Notes: generated by a model from the sequence alone, not told the origin. DNA of 64,000 nt from Candidatus Entotheonellaceae bacterium (GCA_965238075.1 OZ250173.1:1056001-1120000), one strand, 5' to 3'. Counted from the first letter of the stretch, positions 39,896-50,199 are shown. Numbers and translations are program-made.

Positions 39896-41038
39896 TCACA
39901 CGCTGCGGGCTTGCGCCACGATGTCCGGCAGGATGTCAAGGACGTAATCGACGTCGTCCGTCATGGTGGCGCGCCCCAGGCTGATCCGCAACGCCCCGTG
40001 CAAATAGAGTCGCGGCACGCGCATGGCCCGCAGCACGTGCGACGGCTCCAACGAGCCGGAACTGCACGCCGAACCGGTCGAAATGGCCACCCCTTGCAGA
40101 TCGAGGCTCATCATCAGCGCCTCGCCCTCCGCCCCGGCAAAAGCGACGTTCGTGGTGCCCGGCAGCCGCGGCGCGTCTTCGCCCTGAATGCGTACCTCGC
40201 CAATGCGTTCCCGGATGCCGTGTTCCAAGCGCTGCTGAAGCTGCCGCTGGCGCTCGCCTTCGGCTGCCATGTCGCCAGTGGCGATGGCGCAAGCCTTGCC
40301 CAGCGCGGCGATGCCGGGGACGTTCTCGGTGCCGGAACGCCGCCCGCGCTCCTGATGGCCGCCGTGCAGGAGGGGTTGCAGCGCCGCGGGCGAACGCTCG
40401 TACCAGCCGCCAATCCCCTTCGGGGCGTATATCTTGTGCCCGGAAAAGGAAAGAAAATCCACCCCCAGATGGTCCACCGACAGCGGCACTTTGCCAAATG
40501 CCTGAACCGCGTCGGTGTGCATCAGGATGCCGCGTTCGCGCACCAGACGGGCAATATCGGCGATGGGCTGCAACGTGCCGACTTCGTTGTTGGCAGCCAT
40601 GATAGATACCAGAATGGTCTGATCGATCAGGCTGTCGCGCACCGCCTGTGGATCGACGAGCCCGCGTTCGTCCACCGGTACGTAGGTGACTTCGTAGCCT
40701 TGCCGTTCGAGAGCGGCGCAGGCGTCGAGGACGGCGGGATGCTCGATCTGCGAGGTGACCAGATGGCGGCCGTGCTCGCGGCGCGCCTGAGCCACGCCCT
40801 TGATGATGGTGTTGTTGGCCTCGGTGCCGCCACTGCTGAAAATGACCGACGACGCGGGCGCCTCCAGCACTTCGGCGACCTCGTCGCGGGCGTCATCGAC
40901 GGCCACCCGCGCCCGCCGGCCGTAATGGTGCACGCTCGACGGGTTGCCGAAAGCCTCGCGCTGATAGGGCAGCAACGCCTCGAGCACGTCGGGCAGCACA
41001 GGCGTTGTGGCATTGTGGTCTAAATAGACGTAGCGCAT
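39896..41038 (-). CDS. iscS: Cysteine desulfurase (IscS/NifS type)
   Basis: YLDHNATT, GNPSS, HTDAVQ, SGHKIYAPKG, STGSACSS. Confidence 0.92.
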   Translation of the reverse strand: MRYVYLDHNATTPVLPDVLEALLPYQREAFGNPSSVHHYGRRARVAVDDARDEVAEVLEAPASSVIFSSGGTEANNTIIKGVAQARREHGRHLVTSQIEHPAVLDACAALERQGYEVTYVPVDERGLVDPQAVRDSLIDQTILVSIMAANNEVGTLQPIADIARLVRERGILMHTDAVQAFGKVPLSVDHLGVDFLSFSGHKIYAPKGIGGWYERSPAALQPLLHGGHQERGRRSGTENVPGIAALGKACAIATGDMAAEGERQRQLQQRLEHGIRERIGEVRIQGEDAPRLPGTTNVAFAGAEGEALMMSLDLQGVAISTGSACSSGSLEPSHVLRAMRVPRLYLHGALRISLGRATMTDDVDYVLDILPDIVAQARSV

Positions 41039-41062
41039 GTTGTCAGCAATTCCGCTCAGCCG

Positions 41063-42004
41063 TTAAGGGTCTTGCCGTAGAGTTGCTACGTGTGTGGTCA
41101 CGCTGCGTCCCAGGGCTTCCACGTTGTAGCCGCCTTCGAGAACCGAGATGAGGCGGTTCCGGGAACAGGCGGCGGCGATTTCCTTGACCACCTCGGTCAT
41201 GCGCCGATATCCTGCCTCGCTCACTTGCATGTGGGCCAGGGGGTCGGCATAGTGGGCATCAAAACCGGCGGACACGAGTACGCAGTCGGGACGGTATGCC
41301 AGGGCGCGCGGCAGGATGGCCTGCTCGAAGACCGTCAGGTAGGCGTCGTCGCCGGTGCCGGCAGGCAGGGGGAAATTCAGGGTGTAGCCCGCGCCGCTGC
41401 CGGTACCGGTCTCGCTGCTGGCGCCGGTGCCGGGATAGAACGGATATTGATGCGTGCTGACGTACAGGACGCTCGCATCGGCCTCGAAAATATGTTGCGT
41501 GCCATTGCCGTGATGCACGTCCCAGTCGATGATCAGGATGTTGTCCAGCCCGTGCCGTTTCTGCAGGTAGCGCGCCAGGATGGCGACGTTATTGAACAGG
41601 CAGAACCCCATGGAACGGTGCGCTTCGGCGTGATGGCCGGGCGGCCGCACGGCGCAAAACGCCTGCGACACCTCGCCGCTCACCACGGCGTCGGCAGCGG
41701 CCAGGGTACCGGCAACCGCTTGCAGCGCGACGGTGTAGGAATCGCGGCTGACGATGGTATCGGGATCGAGCGCGGCACCGCCCTGCTGACTGGCCGCCTG
41801 CACCCGCTGCATCACCTCAGTCTCATGCACCTCGGCCACCCAGGCTTGCGGATCGTCGTCCCAGTCGAGATGCACGAGTTGCTGCGACTGGCCGCTGGCC
41901 TCCAGGGCCTGCATGACCGCTTCGAGCCGCCCGGCGTGTTCGGGATGATGCCCGCCGGGGTCGTGCTTCAGATAATCGGGATGGTAGACCAGACCAATGT
42001 CCAT
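41063..42004 (-). CDS. Histone deacetylase family protein
   Basis: HPE, RPPGHHA, GFC.FNN, DWDVHHGNGTQ, SAGFDAH..DPL, EGGY. Confidence 0.93.
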   Translation of the reverse strand: MDIGLVYHPDYLKHDPGGHHPEHAGRLEAVMQALEASGQSQQLVHLDWDDDPQAWVAEVHETEVMQRVQAASQQGGAALDPDTIVSRDSYTVALQAVAGTLAAADAVVSGEVSQAFCAVRPPGHHAEAHRSMGFCLFNNVAILARYLQKRHGLDNILIIDWDVHHGNGTQHIFEADASVLYVSTHQYPFYPGTGASSETGTGSGAGYTLNFPLPAGTGDDAYLTVFEQAILPRALAYRPDCVLVSAGFDAHYADPLAHMQVSEAGYRRMTEVVKEIAAACSRNRLISVLEGGYNVEALGRSVTTHVATLRQDP

Positions 42005-42120
42005 GATGTCCTCGGCTGTATTGGACTATTGAGAATGACGGGGGAAACAATGATGCGGGGGAGTATACTTGCCGAACCACCCAGCATCAACAGCCCCGCA
42101 TGGTTGGCGGTGCAAACGCC

Positions 42121-43155
42121 ATGAAGGCGATGATTCTGGCGGCGGGCCTGGGTACGCGCCTGCGGCCGCTGACCGACCGGTCGCCGAAGCCGCTATTGCC
42201 GCTCATGTTGGTCCCGATGGTGGGACACCTGCTGGCGCAACTACGCTGCCAGGGCGTGCGCGAGGTGGTGATCAACGGACACCATCTGGCGGACCAATTG
42301 GCCGCATGGCTTGGCGGTGGCGGCCGGTGGGGGGTACGCCTCAGCTTTGCTCCTGAGCCGGAAATTCTGGGAACCGCCGGCGCGCTCAAGAACGCAGAAT
42401 CGCTTTTGCACGGGGCGCCGTTTCTGGTCATCAACACCGACGTGCTGGCCGATTTCGACCTACAGGCGCTGTGGGCGTGGCATCGTGCCCGCGGGGCGCT
42501 GGTGACCATGGTCGTCAGACCCGACCCGGCGGCTCACGACTTTCGCCCCGTGGTGATTGATGAGCACGACCGGGTGCGGCGAATAAACGGCCGCCCGGAG
42601 GCGTGGGACGCCGGCCCGGGAGAGGAGGGGACGATTTTCACCGGCATTCAGATCGTCGAGCCGCAAGTGCTCGATGCCATCCCCGCCAACCGTTTCGTGA
42701 GCACGACCGCCGACACCTATCCGCGATTGCTGCAGGACGGTCAGGCGGTTTTTGCTTATCGCCACCACGGCTACTGGCTGGACGTGGGCGTGCCGGAGCG
42801 CTATCTGCAAGCGCATTGGGACCTGCTGGACGGCGCGCTGGGCACGTCATGGGAGGGCCGTTTGCCAGCCGGCAGCCGGGTGGTGCGCGGCACAGGTGAA
42901 CAGCGTATGGACGGTGCCATTCTTAACCCGCCCGTTGTGCTGGGCGCCGGCATGATGCTGGCTGCTGGTGTGCAGGTTGGCCCATACGCCGTGCTCGGTT
43001 CCGGGTGCCGTCTCGAGCTGAACGCCGAAGTGCGAGAAAGTGTCTTGGGTGACAACGTACATGTCGGCGCCGACGCTGCCCTGCGGCGTTGTATTCTGGG
43101 ACCAGGCGCGCGGGTACCGAGCGGGCAATCTCTTCAAGAGGAGTGCCTCGTATGA
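42121..43155 (+). CDS. NDP-sugar nucleotidyltransferase (MurU-like) with hexapeptide tail
   Basis: MILAAGLGTRLRPLT..PKPL; coupled to an AmgK-like kinase. Confidence 0.85.
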   Translation: MKAMILAAGLGTRLRPLTDRSPKPLLPLMLVPMVGHLLAQLRCQGVREVVINGHHLADQLAAWLGGGGRWGVRLSFAPEPEILGTAGALKNAESLLHGAPFLVINTDVLADFDLQALWAWHRARGALVTMVVRPDPAAHDFRPVVIDEHDRVRRINGRPEAWDAGPGEEGTIFTGIQIVEPQVLDAIPANRFVSTTADTYPRLLQDGQAVFAYRHHGYWLDVGVPERYLQAHWDLLDGALGTSWEGRLPAGSRVVRGTGEQRMDGAILNPPVVLGAGMMLAAGVQVGPYAVLGSGCRLELNAEVRESVLGDNVHVGADAALRRCILGPGARVPSGQSLQEECLV

Positions 43156-44198
43156 CCACCGGCAATCGGACTTTGACGTTTGAACGTTTACAGCCGTTCC
43201 TGTCCACCCTGCTGCCCGGTGCTTCCGAGAATCCTTCTTTCACGCCCCTGACGGCCGACGCCTCGATGCGTCGCTACTACCGGCTGCGCTGGGCGGCGCC
43301 CGCCACCGGTTACCCAGCCACCTGTGTGGTGATGCATTGCGACCCGTGGCCGCCGGAGGAATCGACGGACTTTCTGACCGTCGGGCGGCATCTGCGGGCC
43401 TGCGGCGTGCGTGTGCCGGAGGTTTACGGCGTGCAACCCGAAGCCGGGCTGATGTGCCTGGAGGATTACGGCGATCGAGGCCTGGCGGCACTATGGCAGC
43501 ATGGCGACCCGGAGGACCGCTTGCGTTGGGGCCGGCAAGCCGTGGACGAGCTCGTCAAGATGCACACTCGGGCGACGCAAACGCTCGATCCCGCATGCCC
43601 GGCTTTTCATCTGGCGTTCGACGTGGACAAGCTGACGAGTGAACTGCACTTCTTCCAAACGCATGCCGTCGTTGAGCTTTGGCAGCAATCCCTGGGGCCA
43701 AACGACTGCCGGACCTGGGACAACGCCTTCCATGCCCTGTGCGCACCGCTCGCCGCAGCCACGCGATTCTTCTGTCACCGGGATTACCACGGCTGGAATA
43801 TCATGGTGCACGACGGCTCCGTCGGCGTGCTCGACTTTCAGGACGCCCGCCTGGGGCCGCAACCTTACGATTTGGTATCGCTGCTCACCGACCGCGGCAC
43901 CGCCGACCTGCTCACTGCTGATGGCACGGCGGCATTGGTTGCTCACTATCTGGACAGGTGGCAGGCCGAAAGCGGCCAGACGGTGGACAAGGACGAGTTC
44001 GCGTGGTTGTTCGACATGGCTGCCGTGCAGCGCTGCCTCAAGGCCATCGGTACGTTTGCCGCCATGCACGTCGTCCACGACCGTCCGCAGTATCTGCCCT
44101 ACATCCCGCCGACGCTGGTCTATCTGCGGCCCTTGATACGACGCTACGAGCGTTTGCGACCCCTCGCCGACCTGCTGAGGCGATTTACGCCCCTGTAG
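43152..44198 (+). CDS. APH-family phosphotransferase (AmgK-like anomeric MurNAc/GlcNAc kinase)
   Basis: DASMRRYYR, HRDYHGWNIM, LDFQDA..G...YDLVSLL, QRCLKAIGTF. Confidence 0.85.
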   Translation: MTTGNRTLTFERLQPFLSTLLPGASENPSFTPLTADASMRRYYRLRWAAPATGYPATCVVMHCDPWPPEESTDFLTVGRHLRACGVRVPEVYGVQPEAGLMCLEDYGDRGLAALWQHGDPEDRLRWGRQAVDELVKMHTRATQTLDPACPAFHLAFDVDKLTSELHFFQTHAVVELWQQSLGPNDCRTWDNAFHALCAPLAAATRFFCHRDYHGWNIMVHDGSVGVLDFQDARLGPQPYDLVSLLTDRGTADLLTADGTAALVAHYLDRWQAESGQTVDKDEFAWLFDMAAVQRCLKAIGTFAAMHVVHDRPQYLPYIPPTLVYLRPLIRRYERLRPLADLLRRFTPL

Positions 44199-44230
44199 AG
44201 AGCGGGTCGCAGCGTCCGCGGGAGCCTGCC

Positions 44231-44962
44231 GTGCGAATCCTGCGCACCTTGTGCGATTTCATCCTGCCGCCGCGCTGTGTGGTATGCGAGGCGAGTACGT
44301 CGGGAACAAGTGATCCGTGGGTGTGCATGGGCTGTTGGACCACAGTCGAATTCGTGCGGCCGCCGGTCTGCGCGCAGTGCGGGACGCCGTTTGCCGCCCC
44401 GGTGAAAGGCATCGGCAGCACAACGCATCGCTGCGGCAAGTGCTTGCTCAGCCCGCCGCCCTACGAGCGGGCACGGGCCGTGGGGCTGTACGAGGGCACG
44501 TTGCGGAAGGTCATCCACGCCATGAAATACCGGCCCGTGTCCGGTCTCGTCCGGCCCCTGGCCGATTTGTTGAGCGGGCAATTCGCGGTCCATTGGGGCG
44601 GACGGATGCCCGATGCCCTGGTGCCCGTGCCGTTGCACCGGCTGCGGTTGCGCCAGCGCGAGTTCGATCAGGCTCTGGATCTGGCCAACGTCTTGGGCCA
44701 GGAGGTCGGGATTCCTGTGTGGCGTCAGGCGTTGATCCGGCGCACGCACACCCGGTCGCAGATCGGCCTGAGCGCCACCGAGCGCCGCCGCAACATTCGC
44801 GGGGCATTCCGGGTGCAACCGGGATGGTCCTGCGAGGGCAGGTCCCTGTTGCTGATCGACGACGTTTACACCACGGGGGCAACGGCGCAGGAGTGTGCCC
44901 GCGTGTTGAGGCGAGCCGGGGCAGCGCGTGTCGACGTGTACACCGTTGCCCGTGTCGGGTGA
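44231..44962 (+). CDS. comF: ComF family (double zinc ribbon + PRTase)
   Basis: CxxC repeats, PVPLH..RLRQREFDQ, LLIDDVYTTGAT. Confidence 0.88.
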   Translation: MRILRTLCDFILPPRCVVCEASTSGTSDPWVCMGCWTTVEFVRPPVCAQCGTPFAAPVKGIGSTTHRCGKCLLSPPPYERARAVGLYEGTLRKVIHAMKYRPVSGLVRPLADLLSGQFAVHWGGRMPDALVPVPLHRLRLRQREFDQALDLANVLGQEVGIPVWRQALIRRTHTRSQIGLSATERRRNIRGAFRVQPGWSCEGRSLLLIDDVYTTGATAQECARVLRRAGAARVDVYTVARVG

Positions 44963-45018
44963 ACTGCGAAAGGCAGGGTTGGGTGGATGCTGGGGTGCCG
45001 GGCGGGTCCATCGGGCCG

Positions 45019-45135
45019 TCAGCGGCTGTACTTGCGCTGGCCCTTGCTGACGCGCAGGCGGGCGCGCCGCAGCTTGGCTTTCAGCATGGCTTTCAAGCGG
45101 GCTGTTTTATTGCGTTTCTTCGTCGGCGTTTTCAT
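45019..45135 (-). CDS. 38-aa highly basic small protein
   Basis: MKTPTKKRNKTARLKAMLKAKLRRARLRVSKGQRKYSR; SD GGGAG upstream; follows 45174..45527 co-directionally. Confidence 0.7.
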   Translation of the reverse strand: MKTPTKKRNKTARLKAMLKAKLRRARLRVSKGQRKYSR

Positions 45136-45173
45136 ATCTTGTTCTCCCACATCCTGACGGCGTTTGATGCCGC

Positions 45174-45527
45174 TTAAGCCGTGACGGTTTGAGTTTCTTC
45201 GGCCAGACGCCGCAGCGCACGCTTGCGCCTCTTAATGTCCAGTCGGGTGCGGTCCAAGTCGTTCGCATCGCCGGCCTCCAAAGCCTCATCGCGCGTGGCC
45301 TTCAAGGAGCGAATCTCCCTTTTGAGGACCGATTTGTCGCCGGAAATCTTCACCTGTGTCGCCCGCGCCGGCGTCGTCGCGTCGACGCCCAAAAATCCGG
45401 CCAGCGCCTCGACCAATTCGGCTTTGGACATGCCGCTGGCACCGTTAATGCCGCCGTGCTGCGTCGCTTCCTGACGCAACTTGACGACGGTCATCTTTTG
45501 CAGTTCCTGTAATGTCATCCCTGCCAC
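45174..45527 (-). CDS. Small protein with Rho-N-terminal-like domain and basic coiled coil
   Basis: LQKMTVVKLRQEA...GASGMSKAELVEAL. Confidence 0.65.
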   Translation of the reverse strand: MAGMTLQELQKMTVVKLRQEATQHGGINGASGMSKAELVEALAGFLGVDATTPARATQVKISGDKSVLKREIRSLKATRDEALEAGDANDLDRTRLDIKRRKRALRRLAEETQTVTA

Positions 45528-45714
45528 TCCTTTGGCCTGTCATTCAAAAATTCCGATTCATACCATACATGGGGAGGGGCGAAATGTACCACACTTCCTG
45601 CTGCCCCTCAAACCCGCGCGGCATGCGGGAATTTGACGATTCCGCGTGCCGTCGTGTAGGCTTGCCGCCCGCTGCCGGACCGTACGTACCGGCTCCTCAC
45701 GCCCTGGAGATGGC

Positions 45715-46209
45715 ATGGCATTTTTCAACCTCATGCGCTGGATCCACATCCTGTCCATGATCGTCGTCCTGGGCGGCTACATCTTCCTCACCGCGTTCTG
45801 GCTACCGGTAATCAGGCGCAGCACCGAGGACGTACGCATCCGGGTGCACTTCCTGGCGCGTACCCTGCGGCCTTTCTTTACCGCCGTCGTGCTTGCCCTG
45901 ATGCTGCTGATCATGACGGGTGGTCTATACCTGCTGCCGCCGGCCTACCGGGCTTTTGGCGCCGGCGACGAGTTGGCCCTGGCGTCGTTTCATCTTGTCC
46001 TGATCCTCAAGCTGGCGTCCGTCTTCGTGGTGGCCTTTCTCGTGCCTATGCAGCTCTTCAGTATGGCCTTCCGCCTGACCCGCATGGACGCCGGCATCTA
46101 TCCCATGGATGCTGAGGTGGTTGACCGCGTTACCGGGCGCATGCAGGCCGTTTCCTACCTCATCATTGCCCTTCTGGTCGTGATCGTGGTGTTATCGACG
46201 CGGCTTTAG
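45715..46209 (+). CDS. 4-TM membrane protein (CopD/DUF4149-like)
   Basis: RWIHIL....LGG, TGG, KL pattern. Confidence 0.65.
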   Translation: MAFFNLMRWIHILSMIVVLGGYIFLTAFWLPVIRRSTEDVRIRVHFLARTLRPFFTAVVLALMLLIMTGGLYLLPPAYRAFGAGDELALASFHLVLILKLASVFVVAFLVPMQLFSMAFRLTRMDAGIYPMDAEVVDRVTGRMQAVSYLIIALLVVIVVLSTRL

Positions 46210-47578
46210 CGGCCGCGGCCAGAAGTTCCTCGCGGGTGTTGCGGGTGGGGTCGTCGAGCACCTTCTGCAACAGATCGTTCAGAATCCGTCCCATGCCTGG
46301 ACCGGGTGCAACGCCGATTTGCCGCAGGTCGTTGCCGTTAACCGCGAGGTCTTTGAGTCCCAAGGGCGAACCCCGCTCGATTTCGGCGCGAAGGCGCCGG
46401 CGCACGTTCAGCAGGTCATCAATCCCTTGAGGCGCGCGGTTGGCAAGGCGATCGGCCGCACGAAGATCGATCACCATGAACGCCTCGTTGCAGCCCAGCC
46501 TGTGGGCGAAATGGCGCAGGTCCCCCGCCTGAGCCAGAGCATCGACCTCAAAATCGCTCCCGGTGATCAAGGCGGCGACCAAAGCCGGCCGAACGCCAAT
46601 GGTGGTGGCGCGCAATGCTTCCAGGCGCTCTTGCGCCAGACCGGCGGCCCACCGCAACGGCGCTGGCCGTGCATCCGCGGGTTCGTCCTCGGCTGGCTGG
46701 CAATCAAGCCACAAAGCCGCCAGCGGTAGGTGCAGGTCGCCACGGCTGACCAGGTCGGCTCCTTGCTGCACGGCGTCGAGCCGCCGCATACTGCGCCCGA
46801 ACAGGCTGGTATCCAGCGGCGAATCCCCCTGCGATACCGCCGACCGGGCGTCGCGAATGGCTGTCAGGCGGTCGATCTCGGGAAACAGATGCGGCAGCAA
46901 GCCCACCTCGTGCATCAGAACAAAGCCGTGCGACGGCTTGGGCGCCTGGAAAAGTTTTTGCAATTCCATGGCAATCCGCTCAGGTGCCACGGTGCCGATC
47001 GAGGCGGCGTGTGCCGACATCGCCGACCGTGTTTCCGGCTCGACCCGAAGTCCGAAGCGGCTGGCAAATTGCACCCCGCGCAGCATGCGCAGGGGATCCT
47101 CGGGAAAGGCCAGCGGGCTGACCTGCCGCAGCAGACGCTGCTCCAGATCGGCGTGCCCGCCGAACGGGTCGATGAGGCGCTCTGCAAGCAGGTCAAGCGC
47201 CATCGCGTTGATCGTGAAATCGCGGCGCTCGAGGTCGGTTTCAACGGGCAGCGTATGATCGAAGGCCACCTCGAAATCCCGGTGGCCGACGCCGGTGGAG
47301 GTTTCAACCCGAGGCAGGGCGATGTCGATGGGCGAGCCGTCCCACTCGCGCGGCAGAAATTTGAGCACTCCGAAAGCCTGGCCGACGCGCTGCACCCGCC
47401 CGCGCCGCCGCAATAGGCGCATCAGATCGTTCTGGGGCAGCCCGGTGACCAGCAGATCGAGGTCTTTGTATGCCTTGCCCAGCAGGAAATCCCGCAGCGT
47501 GCCGCCCACCATGTAGACGCGCCCACCGGCTTCGCGGACGGCGTCTACGAGCGACACAACGGCGGGGTGCAGGTCCAT
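46163..47578 (-). CDS. cca: tRNA nucleotidyltransferase (CCA-adding class II)
   Basis: VGGTLRD.LLG...KDLD, DLERRDFTINAMA, EDPLRMLR, ERI..EL; HD domain looks degenerate (LWLD). Confidence 0.88.
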   Translation of the reverse strand: MDLHPAVVSLVDAVREAGGRVYMVGGTLRDFLLGKAYKDLDLLVTGLPQNDLMRLLRRRGRVQRVGQAFGVLKFLPREWDGSPIDIALPRVETSTGVGHRDFEVAFDHTLPVETDLERRDFTINAMALDLLAERLIDPFGGHADLEQRLLRQVSPLAFPEDPLRMLRGVQFASRFGLRVEPETRSAMSAHAASIGTVAPERIAMELQKLFQAPKPSHGFVLMHEVGLLPHLFPEIDRLTAIRDARSAVSQGDSPLDTSLFGRSMRRLDAVQQGADLVSRGDLHLPLAALWLDCQPAEDEPADARPAPLRWAAGLAQERLEALRATTIGVRPALVAALITGSDFEVDALAQAGDLRHFAHRLGCNEAFMVIDLRAADRLANRAPQGIDDLLNVRRRLRAEIERGSPLGLKDLAVNGNDLRQIGVAPGPGMGRILNDLLQKVLDDPTRNTREELLAAAAKAASITPRSRPEGQ

Positions 47579-47606
47579 GGTGCGGCGGCAGTCCTGTGAG
47601 GGGTAT

Positions 47607-47810
47607 TCAGCGAGATGGGTCGAGTACGGGATAGCGGCGGTACGTGATCTCTTTTTCGTCGGGGCTCAGCGTGCAGCGCTTTGCGAAGTCCTGCATGCTC
47701 TCGTGCAACAGCCCCTGGTGGGAGCGCCAGAAGCGCAGCGCCTTGCGCTTGGCTTCCAGGCGATTGCGGCCGGTAAATTTGAGGACTCCTTGCGGAGGCG
47801 TAAGGGTCAT
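47607..47810 (-). CDS. 67-aa hypothetical protein
   Basis: SD AAGGAG, ATG start, co-directional with cca. Confidence 0.6.
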   Translation of the reverse strand: MTLTPPQGVLKFTGRNRLEAKRKALRFWRSHQGLLHESMQDFAKRCTLSPDEKEITYRRYPVLDPSR

Positions 47811-47836
47811 AGCGCATCTCCTTCGTGCTGTGGACA

Positions 47837-47890
47837 CAAAAAAGCCGAATCGCCTCCCTCATCTCGAACCTTGGGGAAGGCATCCGGCTG
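47837..47890 (-). terminator. Intrinsic terminator just upstream of the 47607..47810/cca operon
   Basis: AGCCGGATGCCTTCCC..GGGAGGCGATTCGGCT followed by TTTTT on the minus strand. Confidence 0.65.
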
Positions 47891-48433
47891 CTATGCACCC
47901 TTATTGAGGCAAACGGTCAGGGACGCTTCACCTCCTGATTCCCCACGCGGCACAGAGAGTTGGTGGCGATTCCAGGTAATCGACATGATCGAACAGGGTC
48001 GCCCGGTTCCATAAACCTCTTTCATGCTGGAGTGATGTGTGGGCATCGCGCATCGGCTTGTGCCGTCTCCAGTCGGTACCCGTTTGAGAGACGGGGGACT
48101 ATACCCCTGTCCGCAGGACAGCGCAAGCCAAATGCACCGCCTGGATTTTACTGCGGCTTCTATCCGTTCCTGACCACCTGCCATGGCCGGAGGTTCCTTG
48201 ATGATGCCGACGCCACCAGGTTATCGGTCACCTGCGCCTTGTGCCCGTCTACCAGGGCACCGCCCGTTTCAACCGTTGTCAATTCCGTTCTTTTCGCCGT
48301 CGCTATCGCTTCCTGTCCCTCCTGTATTGACCCAGACAAGACAACTTCCTATAAATGTTATCTCATGGCATAGTAGGCACGCGTTGAAGCTGTGGAGACG
48401 ACGTTACCACTTGCACATCCAGGAGGTGTGGCC

Positions 48434-49555
48434 ATGAGGAAACGGGTTGCATTAACGATCGCGATGACTGCCGTTATCTATCTCGGACTCTTCGGTTCTC
48501 TAGCACAGGCCCAGGAGGTTACGCTGAAAATACAGGCCAGTTGGCCGTCCGGGCTGATGGCTTACGAGAACCTCAAGATGCTGGCCGAAACCGTGGAGAA
48601 GATATCCGCCGGCCGACTCAAGATTGAGCATCTTCCTGCTGGCGCGATCGTGGGCGCCTTTGAGGTTTTGGATGCCACGAACCGCGGCGTCATCGACGGC
48701 GGACACACGGCGGCGGCCTATTGGGTGGGCAAACATTTTGCCGCCGGCCTCTTTTGCTGCGCGCCCGGCGGCCCTTTCGGGATGGATCATCACGACTTCC
48801 TGGGCTGGATGTATGAAGGCGGCGGCTTGGAACTGTACCAGGAGCTCTACCAGGACGTGCTCAACATGCAAGTCGTGGCCTTTCCCATCCTGCCCATTGG
48901 TCCCCAGGCGCTGGGATGGTTCAAGGAAGTCATCCGCAGTTGGGACGACTTCAAGGGTTTGAAGTACCGCATCCCTGGCGTCGCAGCGGAAGTTTTCAAA
49001 GCGGCGGGCGTCAGCGTCGTCACCCTGCCGGGCGCCGAGATCCTGCCGGCGGCCGAGCGCGGCGTCATTGACGCGGCGGAGTGGGTAGGAGGCCTCGAGG
49101 ATATGAAGCTGGGCTTCCACAACGTGTGGAAAATCCACTATACGCCCAGCATGCACGAACCCGCCCCGATGGGGGAATTGTTGATCAACAAGGAAGTATG
49201 GGATGGTTTAGCGGAGGATATGCAAGAGATCATCAAAGTGGCGGCACTGGATACCGCTACCCGCTGGTTCGCTTGGTTCCATCGAAACAACGCCGAGGCC
49301 TATCAAGAACTGACGCAAAAACACGGCGTGCAGGTCTACAAGACGCCGGACGACATCATGCTCACCCTGCTGCAGTCGTGGGACAAGATCGCGGCTGAGG
49401 AGGCAGCCAAGGACCCCTTTTTCAAGAAGGTGATGGAATCGCAGCGGGAATACGCCTCACTGATCGTCCCCTACCGGCTGTCGACCTGGCCGCCCTATAG
49501 CTTTGCCGGCAACTATTACTGGAAGGATGCCGTGTTCGGCAAGACGCCGGAGTAA
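48434..49555 (+). CDS. TRAP transporter substrate-binding protein (DctP/TakP-like)
   Basis: Signal peptide, PAGAIV, YWVGK, GWF, KYRIPG, ERGVIDAAEW. Confidence 0.9.
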   Translation: MRKRVALTIAMTAVIYLGLFGSLAQAQEVTLKIQASWPSGLMAYENLKMLAETVEKISAGRLKIEHLPAGAIVGAFEVLDATNRGVIDGGHTAAAYWVGKHFAAGLFCCAPGGPFGMDHHDFLGWMYEGGGLELYQELYQDVLNMQVVAFPILPIGPQALGWFKEVIRSWDDFKGLKYRIPGVAAEVFKAAGVSVVTLPGAEILPAAERGVIDAAEWVGGLEDMKLGFHNVWKIHYTPSMHEPAPMGELLINKEVWDGLAEDMQEIIKVAALDTATRWFAWFHRNNAEAYQELTQKHGVQVYKTPDDIMLTLLQSWDKIAAEEAAKDPFFKKVMESQREYASLIVPYRLSTWPPYSFAGNYYWKDAVFGKTPE

Positions 49556-49670
49556 TCGCGAACACCTTCCGACTGCCTGGTGGTGGGAAGAAAATGTGGA
49601 TGGAAGCGCCGCGGAGGCAGGGCCCGGCGGCGCTCATCGAGCGCACCGTCGGCAGGCTGAGGAGCAGGTA

Positions 49671-49997
49671 ATGGCTGACGAGTACGTCAGGATGGAACAG
49701 TTCGGCGAGTTCGTGAAGCGCATAGACCAACGTTTTGACCATGCCAATGAGCTTGCCGACCAGCGTTACGACAGTATCAACCGGCGCTTTGCCGATGCCG
49801 AAAAGGCGCGGCAACAGAACCTTGTCCATATCAACCAGCGCTTCGACAGTTTGGAAAGGCCCATGGACCAGCTCCACGATCAACTCCATGCGGATATGCG
49901 CCAGATGCGCAACTGGTTGATGCGGCTTTATGGCCTGGTGGTCTTCGGCTTCATCGGAACCATTGTGCTGATCCTGTTCCAGGGCGTTTTCCAGTAA
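49671..49997 (+). CDS. Small coiled-coil protein with C-terminal TM anchor
   Basis: Repeated I(D/N)QRFD heptads and hydrophobic tail. Confidence 0.6.
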   Translation: MADEYVRMEQFGEFVKRIDQRFDHANELADQRYDSINRRFADAEKARQQNLVHINQRFDSLERPMDQLHDQLHADMRQMRNWLMRLYGLVVFGFIGTIVLILFQGVFQ

Positions 49998-50199
49998 TCG
50001 CGGCATGAGGTGATCGTACTAACGGCGTCCGAGGAGCGCGGACGGCGACCCCAACATGGCCGTTATGCCCATGCCGTGCAAAGGCGAGCCGCCTGCTTGA
50101 CAACCCCGGCGAAACTCTAGTATTCGTATGCTTTCCCGTGCCCTGGGCGGCACGATGCAATGGCAACAATCGGACGCAACGAGCAAAGGTGTGTGCGGA

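Noticed and set aside
47830-47940. c-di-GMP riboswitch
   Set aside because: Lacks the expected class I or II core motifs in correct order.
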